Below the pieces are notes generated by a model that was given only the letters and a program-made list of their open reading frames with translations, was not told where the DNA came from and ran no database searches. The position numbers were made by a program, and so were the translations under genes. A stretch of 43,955 bases of DNA, taken from the UHGV virus genome UHGV-0152227. One strand, given 5' to 3'. Of the stretch, positions 15,136 to 24,723 are shown in pieces; position 1 is the first letter of the stretch; every line of letters begins with the position of its first letter. Source of the stretch: a virus.

Positions 15136-17757
15136 TTATCGTCCTGATTGCTGGCCGTTCTGGAAAATGTTAATCAGGTTGTCGCGCTGACTTTCTGCGC
15201 TGTATTCCTTAGACTGTCCGGGAGTATATTTCACCGGAGTATCAATGAACTTGGTAATGCTGTTCCATACTGATCGGTTGGTTGTTCCCAGTTTCGCCAG
15301 ATCGTTGAACGGCACCGTAATCGGGTTGCCGTCGGCACCGTTGACGATCAGCCCGTTGAGCATCAGGGTAAGTCCTGTTTCGTCGCTGTTGGTAACCCAC
15401 TGCGCATTATCACGAATGCGGGAGATACTCTGCTCACGGTTGACCTCATCAGGTAGCCTTGGGTCACCAATAAGCGGCATAATCTGATCTGCTGACAGGT
15501 TTTTCAGATACGCATTGGCACCATCGTTAACGTCACGAATATCTATCCCTGCACGATTAGGTAGCCGCCAAGTGCCATTGGTCTGGTACTGCTCGCCGAG
15601 GATGTCCTGATACGCCTGTTTTGCTGCATCAGACGCCGACATTCCGCGCTGCATGTTGATGTAAGTAAGTCGTTTTCCCTGCTCGTTGAAGTTATTCCAC
15701 ACGGCAGTGCCACCAGGCTGAACAACCATCGTGCCAGCAAAATCTTTCGATTGGTCATTCCATGACGAGTCGGCGCTATCCGCGTCGGTTTTCTCAAGAC
15801 TGCCGCGTAAGTCAGCAGTTTTAACGCTACGGTTTTGCCAGAGCGCATTTGCCGCGCGCGGGTTCTCGGTAGCCATGACAACCTGCAACGCAGGATAAGC
15901 GCTCTTCTGAACCTGCTGCATCACCTGATCCGAGTATTTGCCGAACGACTGCGCCACCGACTGAATGGCCTTAACGCTAGATTCCTGCGTGTTGTCAATA
16001 CGCTGCAGTACATCATTGACCATGGACTCCGGTAAAACTTTTTTGCTCATTATCCCCAGGCGGTCTTTTTCAGACTGTATGCGGGAAACTAGGTATTCAC
16101 CAGATGAAGGGTCATTCAGGTACTGCTGGAATGCAGCCTGCACAACCGGAGAGTTTTGTTGCAGCCATGCCCCCGGATCCGCTTCCCGCGCCTTCAGTAC
16201 CTGCCCAAGCTTGACCTTTGCCGATGCATAAAGCTCTGCTTTGTATTTAAAGTCAGGGTCGTTTTCCTGCGGTGCCATTGCCTGCACGGCGGCGGTACCC
16301 TGCTGGACGTTGCCCTGCATAATGGTCTGATAAACAGGTTGTAGCGTCATTGCCTGCTGGTATTGCTGGAAGGTTTTTTCCATCTGCAGGCGCTCGGCAG
16401 GCGCTGCCTGAAGCGGCATAACGGCGGCCCATTCGTGCGCTGAAATAGGCGTCACCTGCTTACCGGCCTCAATTTTGGATAGGTCGTCCTGCATTCGACT
16501 CTGTAGCGCAACGCGACCGGCTGAAGCCTGCATGTCGTACATGCCAGCAACCTTGCTCATCATCTGCGACTTTTTGTCCGGACTCATGGCGTTCCAGAAT
16601 GGCTGTGCGATGAGGTTTTCCATCGTCGCAGATCCAGGAATAGCTCCAGCACTGCCAGTTACTTTTGCCACATAATTGCGCGTCTCGTCGTATGGGATAG
16701 CTGCGGCAAACTGGGCGTTACTGACTTCGCCTGTGCGCGGATCGCCAATCTGTTTAATCCAGCCGTCAACCTTTCCTGGGCCAGCGTTATAGGCAGCTAC
16801 TGCCAGAACCGGGTTATTGTCGTATTTCTTCATCTGCGCGCCGAAATAAGCTTGCCCCAAGCGGGCATTATAGCGCGGGTCATTCAACCATTTATCGCGG
16901 TCCCACGGCACGCCAGCAAGGCGGGCAGCTTCGGGGCCAGTATCTTCCGTCACCTGCGCTACGCCAACAGCGCCTTTTGGCGACACCAGAGGTGTTCCGT
17001 CCTTTCCGTACTGATTTCCGCCACTCTCCTGCCAGATTATTGCAGAGAATAACTGCGCCTCACTCGGTGTATCGGTTACCTCAATCTTGCCGTTCGGACC
17101 CATCATCTGTTGATACATCGGCACATACCACGCCTCCGCCGCACCGTTCGCGGCATTCTCGCGCCACGAAACCCAGTTCTGTTCGATCTCTTCCTGACTC
17201 TGGCCGTGGGCTTCGCCGTAAGCGATGATGCTATGATATGCCTTCAATCCTGCCTGGTTTGCCATTGTCGGGTTACGGAACTGCATCGATAGGTTTTTTA
17301 GTGTCGCATCCTGCATATCCGCCTCATACTGGCGAACCTGTCCTATTTCGTACCTCCCGGCCTGCGTAGTGAACTGAATGCGCTGCTGCTGCGCCTGCTG
17401 CATGAAAGCATTACGAGCCTGTTCATCCGGCAGCGACATAGCCAGTTGTTCGACCTGAGCATCAAACTGCTGCGTATACTCCTGACCTTTTCCAATAGCA
17501 TTTTTCCCTTTCAGGTTAAGCAATCCTGTTTCAGGATTATTCAGCAGATCACTGCTTATCTGACTGAGGTTAAGAGATGCCTCCTGAGCCAGAGCGATAT
17601 TGGCACGCTGTTTTGCCTGACCAAAAACATCAATTGCCTCTGTCCCTGCCCGAACAAAAGCATCACCAATACCTGGCTGAGAAAACGTCTGCAAGCCTGC
17701 TGACTGAACTCCACGGCTCTGAACCTGACGGCCGGATACTGTTGGTACGACTGGCAT
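15136..17757 (-). CDS. internal virion protein with soluble lytic transglycosylase (SLT) domain
   Basis: SLT motifs AIIWQESGGNQ...GAVGVAQV...AAYNAGPGKV. The start at 17757 (MPVVPTVSGRQ) forms a TAATG overlap with the upstream stop; the ORF track starts at 17832. Confidence 0.85.
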   Translation of the reverse strand: MPVVPTVSGRQVQSRGVQSAGLQTFSQPGIGDAFVRAGTEAIDVFGQAKQRANIALAQEASLNLSQISSDLLNNPETGLLNLKGKNAIGKGQEYTQQFDAQVEQLAMSLPDEQARNAFMQQAQQQRIQFTTQAGRYEIGQVRQYEADMQDATLKNLSMQFRNPTMANQAGLKAYHSIIAYGEAHGQSQEEIEQNWVSWRENAANGAAEAWYVPMYQQMMGPNGKIEVTDTPSEAQLFSAIIWQESGGNQYGKDGTPLVSPKGAVGVAQVTEDTGPEAARLAGVPWDRDKWLNDPRYNARLGQAYFGAQMKKYDNNPVLAVAAYNAGPGKVDGWIKQIGDPRTGEVSNAQFAAAIPYDETRNYVAKVTGSAGAIPGSATMENLIAQPFWNAMSPDKKSQMMSKVAGMYDMQASAGRVALQSRMQDDLSKIEAGKQVTPISAHEWAAVMPLQAAPAERLQMEKTFQQYQQAMTLQPVYQTIMQGNVQQGTAAVQAMAPQENDPDFKYKAELYASAKVKLGQVLKAREADPGAWLQQNSPVVQAAFQQYLNDPSSGEYLVSRIQSEKDRLGIMSKKVLPESMVNDVLQRIDNTQESSVKAIQSVAQSFGKYSDQVMQQVQKSAYPALQVVMATENPRAANALWQNRSVKTADLRGSLEKTDADSADSSWNDQSKDFAGTMVVQPGGTAVWNNFNEQGKRLTYINMQRGMSASDAAKQAYQDILGEQYQTNGTWRLPNRAGIDIRDVNDGANAYLKNLSADQIMPLIGDPRLPDEVNREQSISRIRDNAQWVTNSDETGLTLMLNGLIVNGADGNPITVPFNDLAKLGTTNRSVWNSITKFIDTPVKYTPGQSKEYSAESQRDNLINIFQNGQQSGR

Positions 17758-18302
17758 TATAATCCTCCGGGTAATCTGGTTCCTGCTGCTGCCCCGATTG
17801 GCGCAGGGGTGCTTTGAGTAAACGGACTCCACGTCCCACCAAACATCTGGTACGCACCGTATGCCTTCAGAGGCGCAGTGAGCAATGTTGTTGCTGCTCC
17901 CACATTCCCCTGTTTACGGGCTGAACTGGCTTCTGCTTTATAGTTGGCAGCCTGAACCTGATAACCGTAAGCCTCGCGTTGCGCGTTATTCACCGTCGTC
18001 AGAGAATCAAGAGCGCCAAACTGGGCAGTGTCGCCAAATATATCCAGCGCGTTACCTGTAGATAAATCAGCGCCGGTAGCCCCCATTGTCGCCGCCTGTG
18101 TACCAAGCCGCTGTCGGGTCTCTCTGCGCCGTTGCTCAGCTTCAGCGTTACCTCTGTTTATTGCATCATTTGCCTGAGCTGTGGCTATATCTGCGTTCGC
18201 TTCTGCAACCTTCGAGGCATACTTTCCCTGTTGGTACTGGGTGTATGCCTGAATGCCACTCATGGCGAGCATTGCGCCACCAGCAATAACCGGATCGCAC
18301 AT
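17757..18302 (-). CDS. internal virion (core) protein, 181 aa
   Basis: Ala/Gln-rich small protein between the tail tube genes and the SLT protein, in the position of T7-type gp14-like proteins. Confidence 0.6.
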   Translation of the reverse strand: MCDPVIAGGAMLAMSGIQAYTQYQQGKYASKVAEANADIATAQANDAINRGNAEAEQRRRETRQRLGTQAATMGATGADLSTGNALDIFGDTAQFGALDSLTTVNNAQREAYGYQVQAANYKAEASSARKQGNVGAATTLLTAPLKAYGAYQMFGGTWSPFTQSTPAPIGAAAGTRLPGGL

Positions 18303-18766
18303 TATTTTCTCTCCATGTGAAATCTGTGGAAATTAAGACCAAGAGCACCATAAGGCGCGGCTTCTTCAAGCCTGAATCCAAGCCAGTGCAGCCATGCTTT
18401 GGCAACATGGTTTCGCTCGTCGACATAGTTTTCCAGGCGCGGATAAACTGCCAGCATCTGCTGCAATACAGGGCGGCAGTGGCGCAGAAATGTCTTCTGA
18501 TATTTTTCAATACGGCTGGTTCCTACCAGCCAGGGCGTACCATTGCCACCGATCATTGACGCCGGAGATACACCAAACATGGTTACCAGTTCTCCGTTCG
18601 CGAACCCTGACCAGGCCATAGTCGCAGTGCGCAGACCAACACGCAGCGCATCTTTGGTAGTCATCAGCGATACCGCATACAGTTCGTCAATATCAGCCTG
18701 ACGAACATCCGGCAAAATCATCTGAAGATGCTCTTCGGTAGCGGGAATAATTTGAACATCGATCAT
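18302..18766 (-). CDS. conserved virion-module protein (possibly GNAT-like fold)
   Basis: 154 aa, with overlapping start/stop junctions on both sides. The family assignment is from memory only and is weak. Confidence 0.55.
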   Translation of the reverse strand: MIDVQIIPATEEHLQMILPDVRQADIDELYAVSLMTTKDALRVGLRTATMAWSGFANGELVTMFGVSPASMIGGNGTPWLVGTSRIEKYQKTFLRHCRPVLQQMLAVYPRLENYVDERNHVAKAWLHWLGFRLEEAAPYGALGLNFHRFHMERK

Positions 18767-21231
18767 CAGAATCCCCCAACAGTAAGGCGAGGAATAACGG
18801 CAAGAACAGACAGCGGCAACGGGTCAAGCTGACGGATTTTTACACGTCCGTTTTTGCCCCAGTTACTGTCCAGTTTCACTTCTACTTTTCCGGTAGCATC
18901 ATCAACAGGATCATCGTAGAACTCGAATTCACGCTGTGGATATTCGTACCATTTGCCGCCGGGCGTAGTCGCCCAGATGCCGCGACTGGCATTCACAACC
19001 AGAGTAACGGACGGGATCACCTGTTTTTTGTCCAGCAGCGTTTCCTGTCCGTTAATGTTGATATCCAGTGTTTCGAATTCAGCAGTTATTGGCAGGCCGA
19101 TGTGCACAACAGCCCCAGGTGATTCCAGCGTGACGGCACCTCCGGAAACCACTTTCTGTGGTTCCACGTTCGCATCAGAGAGAATGTTTACGGTCTGGCC
19201 TTCAAGATGAGACAGGCCTCCAAATGTCCGGCGCGCCATCTGCCAGTTCGTGGTGGCCACATTCCTGAGGGATGGCGGGACGTTCCTGTTAGCACGAACC
19301 ACTACTGCGGTATTGCTGGTTACAGAAATAATGTCGCAACGTAATTCTTTTGACACTTCATCGCCAGTATCAGGATCAGTTCCGGTATAAGGGAACTGTA
19401 GTTGCGCACCGACATCACTACTGGTGAAGTACGCACCACCAGAAACACTGATTGTATATTCCTCGCGGTAATCCCATTCGCCAGAACCACCAGTGATGAT
19501 CATCGTTCTGTCAGACGTATTTCTTCCATCATAGCTAAGGCCAGAATCAACAAAGAAAGCATCTTCATCGCTGGTAAATAAACGGCTGGACAGTCGCTCG
19601 ATGTATCTCACTGTTTGCCCGTTAACGGTTCGGTTAACGACGAAATACACCGCATCTTCATTGCCTTCGCTGATACTGCATGTGCTTTCATATTTTCCGG
19701 TACTGGATTGTGGTGCCCATGCAAAAACCTGCTGATCACGCAAATAGGTCATCACCAGTAATTTACCGTCATCACGAATGCAGAAGGCGCTGGAGTAAGG
19801 GACAATAGAGAAGCACCAGTCAACAATGCTGTGCTTCTGAAAAAGATGATTGGCAAGGATGGTCAGGTCGTTCCCCTGATAGCCGTCAACATCGAATGAG
19901 TAGGCCAGATCACGGACAACACTGCCTTTCTCCTGGACGAACAGAGCAATATTCGCCACGGCAATTGGTGGGACATTGCTCGAGCCATTTGATCCCTGAG
20001 AGCTGAATGCAAATGATGATGGGGTAAGCACTTTGTTCTGGTCGCCGGTGATGACGTACTCACCTCCGGAAGTCAGCGCCACCAGCGAACCGACATCAAT
20101 CAGGTGGCGGATCTCATTAACCTGACGCCCGGCATAGGTGTAGATAATTCTGTCGTCATCCTGCGTAGGATTGCTTTTGCCAAAATCCTTATAATCCCCG
20201 GTACGGCTGACCCAGATAGTCTGAGGGAACGCAGTCGATGCGGCGAAGTAAAGACGTTGTTGATAATAAACAACAGTGCCAGGATAACCATTAACACTGT
20301 TCCAGGCATATTTAGCCCATTTATAGCTGGCATTATCCTCGCCAACTACCTGCGAAGGGATATAGGAAATCACCTCGGCAGTTGCAGTAGTTCCATTTGC
20401 AGCAGTGATACGGGCAATGCCAAAACCACTGTGCAGATATTCCCACTCAATGCCAGTATCATCATCACCGGATCCGCCCCAGCCATCCCATGATGTGCCT
20501 TCTGTATGCGAAGGGCGCAAAGTGCCTGTTTTGCCTACTGTAACGGCGCGATAGTAGTTACTGTCTGCACGGCGAATATCGCCAATTGACGTACTCTTAC
20601 TGGTTTCCCATACCGGCACAGAATCCACTGCAGGCTGTTCCAGATAGAACAATTTGCCTACCTGCTCCGCGCCAAAAATAGAGGCGCTTGCCGTTAACGT
20701 AATTGTCCCGGTGCTGGCGCTGGCATAAACCGTCACTGACTCGTCAATATTGATATCTTCAAATGGTCCGTTCTTCGTTACCACATCAACCAGTTGCCAG
20801 TTGTCATGCGCATAGCGACGCAACTCTTTCGGGGGGTATGCCGGATGAACAAGCGTAAGCACGTCGGCGCTTTGCGTGAATTTAATTCGGAACAGATCGG
20901 CTTCAGTATATGGCGTGGAAATTTCATAAATAACATTGCTGCTGTTCAGCACCAACGCACCATCTTTGATAACGCGCATGTACTGGTGTCCGAACTCCAG
21001 AGCATAAGTCTGAACCGTCGAGAACTGGAACGGGATCAGGCGGCATTTCCGATTTGGGTATTTGGCGGCACCGACAAAACGCGTACCAGGTCGATTCTCA
21101 ACTCCGCCATACTGCCGCACGATAAAGTTATCGCACTTGCGCAATGCCACCTGGTACTTCGCCATACGACCGTACAACGACGGTCCAATCTCACCACCGG
21201 CAAAGCTGGGCTGGATCCAACTGATAGCCAT
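18766..21231 (-). CDS. tail tubular protein B (nozzle), T7 gp12-like
   Basis: 821-aa ORF directly after the tail tubular protein A gene, with the size and order typical of podoviruses. Confidence 0.8.
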   Translation of the reverse strand: MAISWIQPSFAGGEIGPSLYGRMAKYQVALRKCDNFIVRQYGGVENRPGTRFVGAAKYPNRKCRLIPFQFSTVQTYALEFGHQYMRVIKDGALVLNSSNVIYEISTPYTEADLFRIKFTQSADVLTLVHPAYPPKELRRYAHDNWQLVDVVTKNGPFEDINIDESVTVYASASTGTITLTASASIFGAEQVGKLFYLEQPAVDSVPVWETSKSTSIGDIRRADSNYYRAVTVGKTGTLRPSHTEGTSWDGWGGSGDDDTGIEWEYLHSGFGIARITAANGTTATAEVISYIPSQVVGEDNASYKWAKYAWNSVNGYPGTVVYYQQRLYFAASTAFPQTIWVSRTGDYKDFGKSNPTQDDDRIIYTYAGRQVNEIRHLIDVGSLVALTSGGEYVITGDQNKVLTPSSFAFSSQGSNGSSNVPPIAVANIALFVQEKGSVVRDLAYSFDVDGYQGNDLTILANHLFQKHSIVDWCFSIVPYSSAFCIRDDGKLLVMTYLRDQQVFAWAPQSSTGKYESTCSISEGNEDAVYFVVNRTVNGQTVRYIERLSSRLFTSDEDAFFVDSGLSYDGRNTSDRTMIITGGSGEWDYREEYTISVSGGAYFTSSDVGAQLQFPYTGTDPDTGDEVSKELRCDIISVTSNTAVVVRANRNVPPSLRNVATTNWQMARRTFGGLSHLEGQTVNILSDANVEPQKVVSGGAVTLESPGAVVHIGLPITAEFETLDININGQETLLDKKQVIPSVTLVVNASRGIWATTPGGKWYEYPQREFEFYDDPVDDATGKVEVKLDSNWGKNGRVKIRQLDPLPLSVLAVIPRLTVGGF

Positions 21232-21836
21232 CAGGACAACCTCGCAATGGTAAACTCGTCAACCGGTGGCAGTGGTTCCTGTGATTCATTCTGGCTATGC
21301 GAGCCAGCACTAAGAATCACGCGATTGTACATATTGAGGGCAAACGTACCGAGGTCTGCATTCCCAGTCAGCGCCATGTTAATAGCTGCCGCAAGACGCC
21401 AGGCCAACGCCTCCATAAAAATGGCATCAAACATGTTCACATCTGTAACGCGAGATACATACTTGAGCCATGCCTGCGGCTGGTCTGTGTAGATCAACTT
21501 TCCTGTTCCGTTGGTGTCTGCACCAACTTCGTACTGAACGCGCATTGCTGCTGTTGGATTGCGTACACCAGGAAGCATAATTTCAGTAATGCGCAGACAA
21601 TCGGACGGGTACTGGTACGCATATTCCCAGTCAGGCGGTGGATTGCTCGTATCTGCAAGCGCCACGCGTTTGGTAGCAAAGTTCCAGTCAAAATCAGAAA
21701 GCACAGCATCACGGCAGGCCTCAAAGTGCAGCGAACATTCCCCCGCTTCCTTGCTGGCTTCCGTCAGGCTGTTAATACTGCGGCTGTTGCCAATATTGGA
21801 CAGCGCACGATTGCAGATCTCTACTACAGAGGCCAT
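21231..21836 (-). CDS. tail tubular protein A (adaptor), T7 gp11-like
   Basis: 201 aa. The N-terminus MASVVEICNRALSNIGNSRSINSL... is typical of podovirus gp11-type adaptors. Confidence 0.8.
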   Translation of the reverse strand: MASVVEICNRALSNIGNSRSINSLTEASKEAGECSLHFEACRDAVLSDFDWNFATKRVALADTSNPPPDWEYAYQYPSDCLRITEIMLPGVRNPTAAMRVQYEVGADTNGTGKLIYTDQPQAWLKYVSRVTDVNMFDAIFMEALAWRLAAAINMALTGNADLGTFALNMYNRVILSAGSHSQNESQEPLPPVDEFTIARLS

Positions 21837-21858
21837 AAGTTTCTATACTCCTGCAATA

Positions 21859-21876
21859 AAGGGGCCGAAGCCCCTT
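21859..21876 (-). other. stable stem-loop between the head and tail gene blocks (processing/attenuation candidate)
   Basis: Stem AAGGGGC / GCCCCTT with a 4-nt loop. No T-run follows on the transcribed strand. Confidence 0.5.
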
Positions 21877-21892
21877 GTCTGATTCGCGAGGC

Positions 21893-22228
21893 TTACACGC
21901 CCAGTTCTTTACGCTTATCTGCGATCTTCTCGCGTAGCGTTTCGGCTTTGGCGTTATGGTGTGGCTTCTCGTTAAAGAGCAATTCGTACTCTTCACGGAG
22001 CTTATCCAGTTCACCATCATCTGACACATCGTTGATGATTTTGGTGCTGGTTGCTGCCATAGACACCTTTCCTGCAACTTTTGCTTTTGCCTGTCTGGCT
22101 GCATCGTTAACAGGTTCCAGTGCGCTACCAGGCTCACCTTCGTATTCGATTTCTGCCCCCTCTGGCCACAGAGTGTTATGGATATGAGAGAGGCGCAGAA
22201 CGCGGTATCTTGGTTTCTCACCTGACAT
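21893..22228 (-). CDS. head-module protein of unknown function (111 aa)
   Basis: AGGTGA RBS 5 nt before the ATG at 22228 (the ORF track starts at a GTG at 22237). Charged C-terminal helix. Confidence 0.65.
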   Translation of the reverse strand: MSGEKPRYRVLRLSHIHNTLWPEGAEIEYEGEPGSALEPVNDAARQAKAKVAGKVSMAATSTKIINDVSDDGELDKLREEYELLFNEKPHHNAKAETLREKIADKRKELGV

Positions 22229-22238
22229 CGATATCACC

Positions 22239-22676
22239 TTAACCAGTTACTTTTGAGCGGATCGGGTACGGCGTATTGGCATCAACATCCAGACTGATAC
22301 CCGCAGTGAATTTGCCAGCCGTTAGTGGGCCAGTTGCGACGGAGTAGTTAACACGCAGATATCGCTGAACACCGGCAGGCACCTTTGCAGAAACAACTCG
22401 TTTACCTGCTGTCAGGGCGGTCTTTGCCAGTGCGCCACTATCATAAATAGTGGTCCATGAGCTGTTATTCTCACTCGTCTGCAACTGGATGTTTACAGTT
22501 GCATCACCGCTTGCCGCGGCGGCTGCGTTAACCAGCGCCCAAAACTCAAGCGGGTAACCCACGCCGATATCACGACGTTTTCCGTCAATTGGACCGAGAT
22601 CGATTACGTCAGTAGAAGCCGCGGTATTCGTAACCGCCTGAGCTTCGGAGAACATCAACAGTTTGTCGGTGATCAT
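22239..22676 (-). CDS. putative capsid decoration/cement protein (145 aa)
   Basis: Lies directly downstream of the major capsid gene, as do epsilon15 gp10 and BPP-1 cement proteins. The sequence looks beta-rich. Confidence 0.5.
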   Translation of the reverse strand: MITDKLLMFSEAQAVTNTAASTDVIDLGPIDGKRRDIGVGYPLEFWALVNAAAAASGDATVNIQLQTSENNSSWTTIYDSGALAKTALTAGKRVVSAKVPAGVQRYLRVNYSVATGPLTAGKFTAGISLDVDANTPYPIRSKVTG

Positions 22677-22691
22677 CTTCTTTCTCCATTA

Positions 22692-22711
22692 GTGGGTCTG
22701 TTACGACCCAC
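22692..22711 (-). other. stem-loop directly downstream of the major capsid gene
   Basis: Stem GTGGGTC / GACCCAC with a 6-nt loop and no T-run. Likely stabilises or attenuates the mRNA. Confidence 0.5.
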
Positions 22712-22727
22712 AGGTTAATAACAGGCG

Positions 22728-23720
22728 TTACACCACGCGGGCTTCTGTTTCCAGAAGCGCATCAGTTTCACGGATTGGTACACCACGGAATGAAGTCCAC
22801 CACTCGCCTTCTGTCTCTTTTACGCTGATCGCCAGAGATGTTTTCTCCAGAGATTGCAGATCAAGAGCCTGACCTACAGTGCGGTTCATGTAGAACACTG
22901 GGCGCCCCATGCCACGGTTTGGAATGCGATGCAGTGCTTTAACCATCAACTTCGCAATATTTGCGGCAGAGGAAGGTTCTGAAAGATTGCTGACATCGAT
23001 GTTTGCAATGCGAACAACATAACGCCAGTCACGCAGAGCAAGTCCGTTGTCCCATTTGTAATGGGTACGGTAGCCTTCGTACTTGCCGCCATTAGCATCT
23101 TCCAGTGTCACCTGGCCTTTATCTTCCATCTGAATGCCAGCCTTCTGCCCTTTCGGGAAGATGCCATGCACGGTGTTTTCGCCCCACACCACTAACCAGA
23201 TTGAGGTGTTATCTGTACCCGTGCCACCAGCATCAATGATGTTCTGAGCATTACCTGCAGACAGGCTGGAATAGCGGGAGGACAGTCCCATAAACTGCTG
23301 AGGGTTAACGCTGGAATCACCATAAAACAGCGTCTGCGCCATCTGCTGATTCATCGCTTCAATAAATGCGCGGTCTTCAGACAGGCGGAATTCGGCGGTA
23401 TTGCCGTTCAGATCAGCCAGTGACTTATCGACTTCAGCATAGGTTTCCAGCATGCCCACGGAATCGGTTACCTGCACTGTGGTTGATTTGCTTGGCTGTA
23501 CGCCATAGTTCAGCAAACGCCAGGTAGCTGAAGGTAAACCAGAACGAATGGTGGTTTTGTGTCCGGTAGGAAGGTTCCCTTCGACAAAAGGCATATCCTG
23601 AAGGATCGGGTTAGTTTGACCGAGAAGCTCGATAATCTTATCGACTTTCCCATCTGGATCGACGCGCTTACCCCAGTCAGCCAGCGTTAGCGCAGTTAAG
23701 CCTTTAACAGCCATTGTCAT
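22728..23720 (-). CDS. major capsid protein (HK97 fold, epsilon15 gp7-like)
   Basis: 330-aa ORF downstream of the scaffold gene. Sequence recognised as the epsilon15-type MCP family. An alternative ATG at 23714 has better RBS spacing. Confidence 0.9.
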   Translation of the reverse strand: MTMAVKGLTALTLADWGKRVDPDGKVDKIIELLGQTNPILQDMPFVEGNLPTGHKTTIRSGLPSATWRLLNYGVQPSKSTTVQVTDSVGMLETYAEVDKSLADLNGNTAEFRLSEDRAFIEAMNQQMAQTLFYGDSSVNPQQFMGLSSRYSSLSAGNAQNIIDAGGTGTDNTSIWLVVWGENTVHGIFPKGQKAGIQMEDKGQVTLEDANGGKYEGYRTHYKWDNGLALRDWRYVVRIANIDVSNLSEPSSAANIAKLMVKALHRIPNRGMGRPVFYMNRTVGQALDLQSLEKTSLAISVKETEGEWWTSFRGVPIRETDALLETEARVV

Positions 23721-23728
23721 TTCCTCTC

Positions 23729-24424
23729 TTATTTGCCATAGAGCACTTCGGCCGCACTACGCTGGCCTTCATTACCACCGGTGACCATGCCATCTTCAGA
23801 CATCGCCTTTCCGATTTTCACGAACGTTTTGACCAGATCAGGGTGATTACCCAGCCCGGTGGTGTTCAGATATTCTTTGAGTTCAGGTGTCCCGAACTGG
23901 TCAAGCGCACGCTGTGCGGCGCTAAGGTTAGAAATCAACTTGTCGCCACCGATTTCTTTGTCAGCTTTTACATCCGCAGCCCACTGCTCGGTTGTTTTCT
24001 GCCAGGCTTCTGCCTGGCGCTGCTGAACACCTGCCAGAATCTTCGGATAAGCATCAACCAGCTTTTGCGCTTGCTCGTTGGTCAGGTTAAGTTCTCGCGC
24101 CACCGGCTCGAATTCCTTCAACGCTTCTGTATCCAGCTCTACGCCTTCGGCTGCCTGAAACTCGTACTTCTCAGGCGCACCCTCTGGTTTATCGCCGTCC
24201 TTTTTTTCACCCTGCTTATCGTTTTCAGATTTTTTTTCATCATCAGGTTTATCGACATCAACAACAGGTTGTGGCTTATCACCTTCCTGTTGTGATGGAT
24301 CACCAGCTGGAGCAGGGTTATCACCTGCATGCGCTGACGGTTCTGACGCAGCCGGAGCTGCCCCACCATCGACTTGTTGCTCATTGCAAAGACGGCGATA
24401 CAGCAAACGCTCAAATAAACTCAT
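23729..24424 (-). CDS. scaffolding protein
   Basis: Acidic, low-complexity N-terminal part (PQPVVDVDKPDDEKKSENDKQGEKKDGDKPEG) and a helical C-terminus, between the portal-side genes and the MCP. AGGAG RBS 5 nt before the ATG at 24424. Confidence 0.8.
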   Translation of the reverse strand: MSLFERLLYRRLCNEQQVDGGAAPAASEPSAHAGDNPAPAGDPSQQEGDKPQPVVDVDKPDDEKKSENDKQGEKKDGDKPEGAPEKYEFQAAEGVELDTEALKEFEPVARELNLTNEQAQKLVDAYPKILAGVQQRQAEAWQKTTEQWAADVKADKEIGGDKLISNLSAAQRALDQFGTPELKEYLNTTGLGNHPDLVKTFVKIGKAMSEDGMVTGGNEGQRSAAEVLYGK

Positions 24425-24426
24425 GA

Positions 24427-24723
24427 TCACTCCTGTTCACTGGCCTCTTTGGCCATCTTCAAATACTGTTCAGGGCAATGCGCCATAACGCGCTGAAACA
24501 GTTCCAGCGCCAGATTGCGTTGCCCCTCATTAAATGCCATTGCCATAGCATCCATCGGAGAGATAGCGGAAAACACCCGGCCTTTCTCCAGCACCGACCA
24601 GACAACGCGACGCCCCTGTTCACTGCTCATGACAAAGCGAATGTCATCAATTTCACGCTGTGCCATGTCACGTTGCTTACGGGCGTTTTCTTCTTTCAGT
24701 TGATCGTCTTCGTAATCTGTCAT
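24427..24723 (-). CDS. conserved head-module protein (98 aa)
   Basis: ORF between portal and scaffold with overlapping junctions on both sides. Confidence 0.7.
   Translation of the reverse strand: MTDYEDDQLKEENARKQRDMAQREIDDIRFVMSSEQGRRVVWSVLEKGRVFSAISPMDAMAMAFNEGQRNLALELFQRVMAHCPEQYLKMAKEASEQE

Noticed and set aside
11045-15173. Many plus-strand ORFs (60-274 aa, for example 13000-13641 and 13428-14252)
   Set aside because: They are shadow frames opposite the long GC-rich ejection-protein genes. Their compositions are Arg/Ser/Ala-rich and low-complexity, and none has start-site signals.
20794-22187. Plus-strand ORFs of 232 aa and 296 aa
   Set aside because: They are antisense to the tail tubular A/B and head-module genes, which form an unbroken chain of abutting or overlapping genes on the minus strand.
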